Below, in pieces: positions 11,999-12,777 of a DNA stretch of 12,777 nt. The stretch is from NCBI GenBank assembly GCA_046533775.1, contig JAWDOO010000013.1, positions 1-12,777 of the forward strand. The letters run 5' to 3'. A program made the translations under genes and the position numbers. The notes under the pieces were generated by a model. That model did not search any database. It was not told where the DNA came from and saw only the letters and a program-made list of their open reading frames with translations. This DNA comes from Candidatus Nanopusillus sp. (GTDB lineage Archaea > Nanobdellota > Nanobdellia > Nanobdellales > Nanobdellaceae). The first letter of the stretch is position 1. Each line of letters starts with the position of its first letter.

Positions 11999-12228
11999 GT
12001 GGCCGTAGGAAGGTCTGCTTACCGATAAGCCACCGAGGAATCGGAGGGGGAAACCCCTGGCTACATAATAAGAAATCACGGACATATATCCAATGAAGAT
12101 GAAGAGTTAATACCTGGAGGTAACTCTGGGTAAACTCGGAGAGGATATATGTACCTTGAGAAATATGTCCTGGCGGTACAAGGCCTATCCGCTTAGAAAA
12201 ATATATACTAAAAGCAGCCTACGGCCAC
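11999..12228 (+). ncRNA. rnpB: GC-rich structured RNA, best interpreted as a reduced RNase P RNA
   Basis: Hand fold. P1: GUGGCCG (11999-12005) / CGGCCAC (12222-12228). Then UAGGA-AGG-U-CUGCUU (12006-12020), which resembles CR-I GAGGAAAGUCCG. P4: AGG[U12014 bulged]CUGCUU pairs with AAGCAG-CCU (12212-12220). P5: ACC (12021-23) / GGU (12175-77). P7: GCCA (12029-32) / UGGC (12171-74). P8: CCGA-GGAA-UCGG (12033-44). P9: GGGG-GAAA-CCCC (12046-57). P10/11: GG..ACAU (12059-66) / AUGUCC (12165-70). P12: long hairpin 12080-12155 with a GUAA apical loop (12120-23) and a K-turn-like CC-AAU-GA / GA-GG internal loop. ACAAGGCC (12178-85) resembles the J5/15 (CR-IV) segment. Flanked by a TATA box at -30..-23 and an oligo-T run after the 3' end. 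An alternative register gives an 11-bp terminal helix (11999-12009/12218-12228) with a bulged AAGGU. Family assignment was not verified with a covariance model. Confidence 0.65.
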
Positions 12229-12229
12229 A

Positions 12230-12777
12230 CTAATAACTTTTTCCTATATATACATAATATTTTGCATCTTTATTACAAAATATACATTTTTTATTTTTTG
12301 CATCTTCAGGTATAATATCAGTTCCTCTTACATCTAGTGAATATTTTTCTTTAATATTTTTTGCACATTCTTCTTCCATACAGAAAGGAACCTTAAATGC
12401 TATATTTTTATCTAAATTATTTTCTAAATCTTTTAAATTATCTATTTTTAATATTTTATTTTCAAAATATTTTTTTGCCCTTTCTTTTAGATCTTTATCA
12501 TATTCAATAATTAATCTATTTAATTCATTTAATAAATTTTCCAATTTTACTTCATAATCTTTTGCTTTATTATTATATTGCCTTACAGATATTGTAACTG
12601 TATTTTTTTCTAATTCTCTTTTACCAATAGATATTCTAAATGGAACTCCTATTAATTCATATTGGTTAAATTTCCATCCAGGACTCTTTGTATCATCTTT
12701 ATCAATTTTTACTCTATATTTTTCCTTTAATAAATTATATACATTTTCACAATATTCTAATATTTTGTTTTTTTCAT
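12230..12777 (-). CDS. proS: prolyl-tRNA synthetase, archaeal/eukaryotic type, C-terminal ~182 aa (5' part beyond the window)
   Basis: The track lists only 12230-12544, starting at an internal TTG. The same frame stays open to the window edge: ...EKNKILEYCENVYNLLKEKYRVKIDKDDTKSPGWKFNQYELIGVPFRISIGKRELEKNTVTISVRQYNNKAKDYEVKLENLLNELN...VPFCMEEECAKNIKEKYSLDVRGTDIIP...KCIFCNKDAKYYVYIGKSY. The motif D.R...SPG.KFN.wEL.GVP.RI..G.R.le..tv belongs to the class IIa anticodon-binding domain. The Cys-containing C-terminal domain ending in ...Y is typical of archaeal-type ProRS. Confidence 0.9.
   Translation of the reverse strand, partial: EKNKILEYCENVYNLLKEKYRVKIDKDDTKSPGWKFNQYELIGVPFRISIGKRELEKNTVTISVRQYNNKAKDYEVKLENLLNELNRLIIEYDKDLKERAKKYFENKILKIDNLKDLENNLDKNIAFKVPFCMEEECAKNIKEKYSLDVRGTDIIPEDAKNKKCIFCNKDAKYYVYIGKSY
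12238..12242 (+). terminator. oligo-T tract 10 nt downstream of the structured RNA (candidate terminator), inside the proS coding region
   Basis: TTTTT at 12238-12242 follows the 3' strand of the terminal helix (...CCUACGGCCAC ACUAAUAAC UUUUU). Specificity is weak in AT-rich DNA. Confidence 0.35.

Noticed and set aside
12080-12170. Three mutually complementary segments (GGACAUAUAUCC at 12080-91, GGAUAUAUGUACC at 12143-55, AUAUGUCC at 12163-70) suggesting a switchable alternative structure
   Set aside because: The complementarity comes largely from AU-repeat sequence (AUAUAU). One arrangement (P12 stem plus the P10/11 3' strand) satisfies the RNase P-like four-way junction. There is no evidence for a ligand or switch. 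It is noted only as an alternative fold that affects exact helix boundaries.
11999-12228. SRP (7S) RNA as the identity of the structured RNA
   Set aside because: It is about 70 nt shorter than typical archaeal SRP RNAs. I cannot find the universal helix 8 motif (…GG-GNRA tetraloop-…AGCA symmetric loop). The only AGCA sits next to the 3' terminal helix. The two adjacent GNRA hairpins are only 12 nt each, too small for helices 6 and 8, and they fit P8/P9 of RNase P much better. A covariance-model check is still needed.
11999-12230. H/ACA guide RNA, suggested by ACA directly after the terminal stem (GGCC-ACA-C)
   Set aside because: About 200 nt are enclosed by the stem, with multi-branch architecture. 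This is incompatible with a single H/ACA hairpin and pseudouridylation pocket, and the ACA is likely coincidental.
12542-12544. Start of the 104-aa ORF in the track
   Set aside because: It is an internal TTG (Leu) codon of proS. The frame is open, and homologous to the ProRS anticodon-binding domain, all the way to the window edge.
1-12777. CRISPR arrays, IS elements, rRNA genes, C/D-box sRNAs in intergenic gaps
   Set aside because: There are no regularly spaced direct repeats. No RUGAUGA...CUGA box pairs occur in the few gaps longer than 50 nt (1503-1618, 4125-4296, 11821-11998). There are no rRNA-like GC-rich stretches other than the tRNA and the 230-nt RNA.

Overview
Very AT-rich, extremely compact archaeal DNA: more than 20 genes in 12.8 kb, intergenic gaps mostly 38-55 nt, and many stop/start overlaps (ATGA, TAATG). 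Archaeal identity follows from eL19, eL37, L10e-type uL16, an archaeal-type ProRS C-terminus and Dph2. A GC-rich tRNA and a GC-rich structured RNA sit in AT-rich coding DNA. Together with scrambled ribosomal-protein operons and a truncated or split Dph2, this suggests a streamlined, probably thermophilic DPANN/Nanoarchaeota-like genome (inference, not proven). Content left to right: uL22 (partial, -); three translationally coupled small pilin-like, sequon-rich membrane proteins (+); tRNA-Glu(CUC); a small wHTH-like protein; eL19 and uL15 (-); HisRS (+); a perfect 26-bp inverted repeat; a GT2-GtrA glycosyltransferase (-); eL37 (missed by the ORF track)-uS5-uL30-uL16 (+); a ChlI/MoxR-like AAA+ ATPase plus VWA protein (-); a HAD phosphatase (+); a five-gene overlapping minus-strand array (tiny TM ORF, 150-aa unknown, MinD-like ATPase, 90-aa Dph2 N-terminal fragment, DUF131-like membrane protein); a ~230-nt structured RNA; and the 3' part of ProRS (-). 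Most interesting is the structured RNA at 11999-12228. By hand it folds as an RNase P RNA with a CR-I-like sequence, a bulged-U P4, a P7-P8-P9-P10 cruciform and a P12 carrying a K-turn-like loop. However, P1 joins directly to P4 (no P2/P3) and there is no P15-P17, an architecture I do not recognise among described types. No CRISPR array, transposase, integrase or rRNA was seen.
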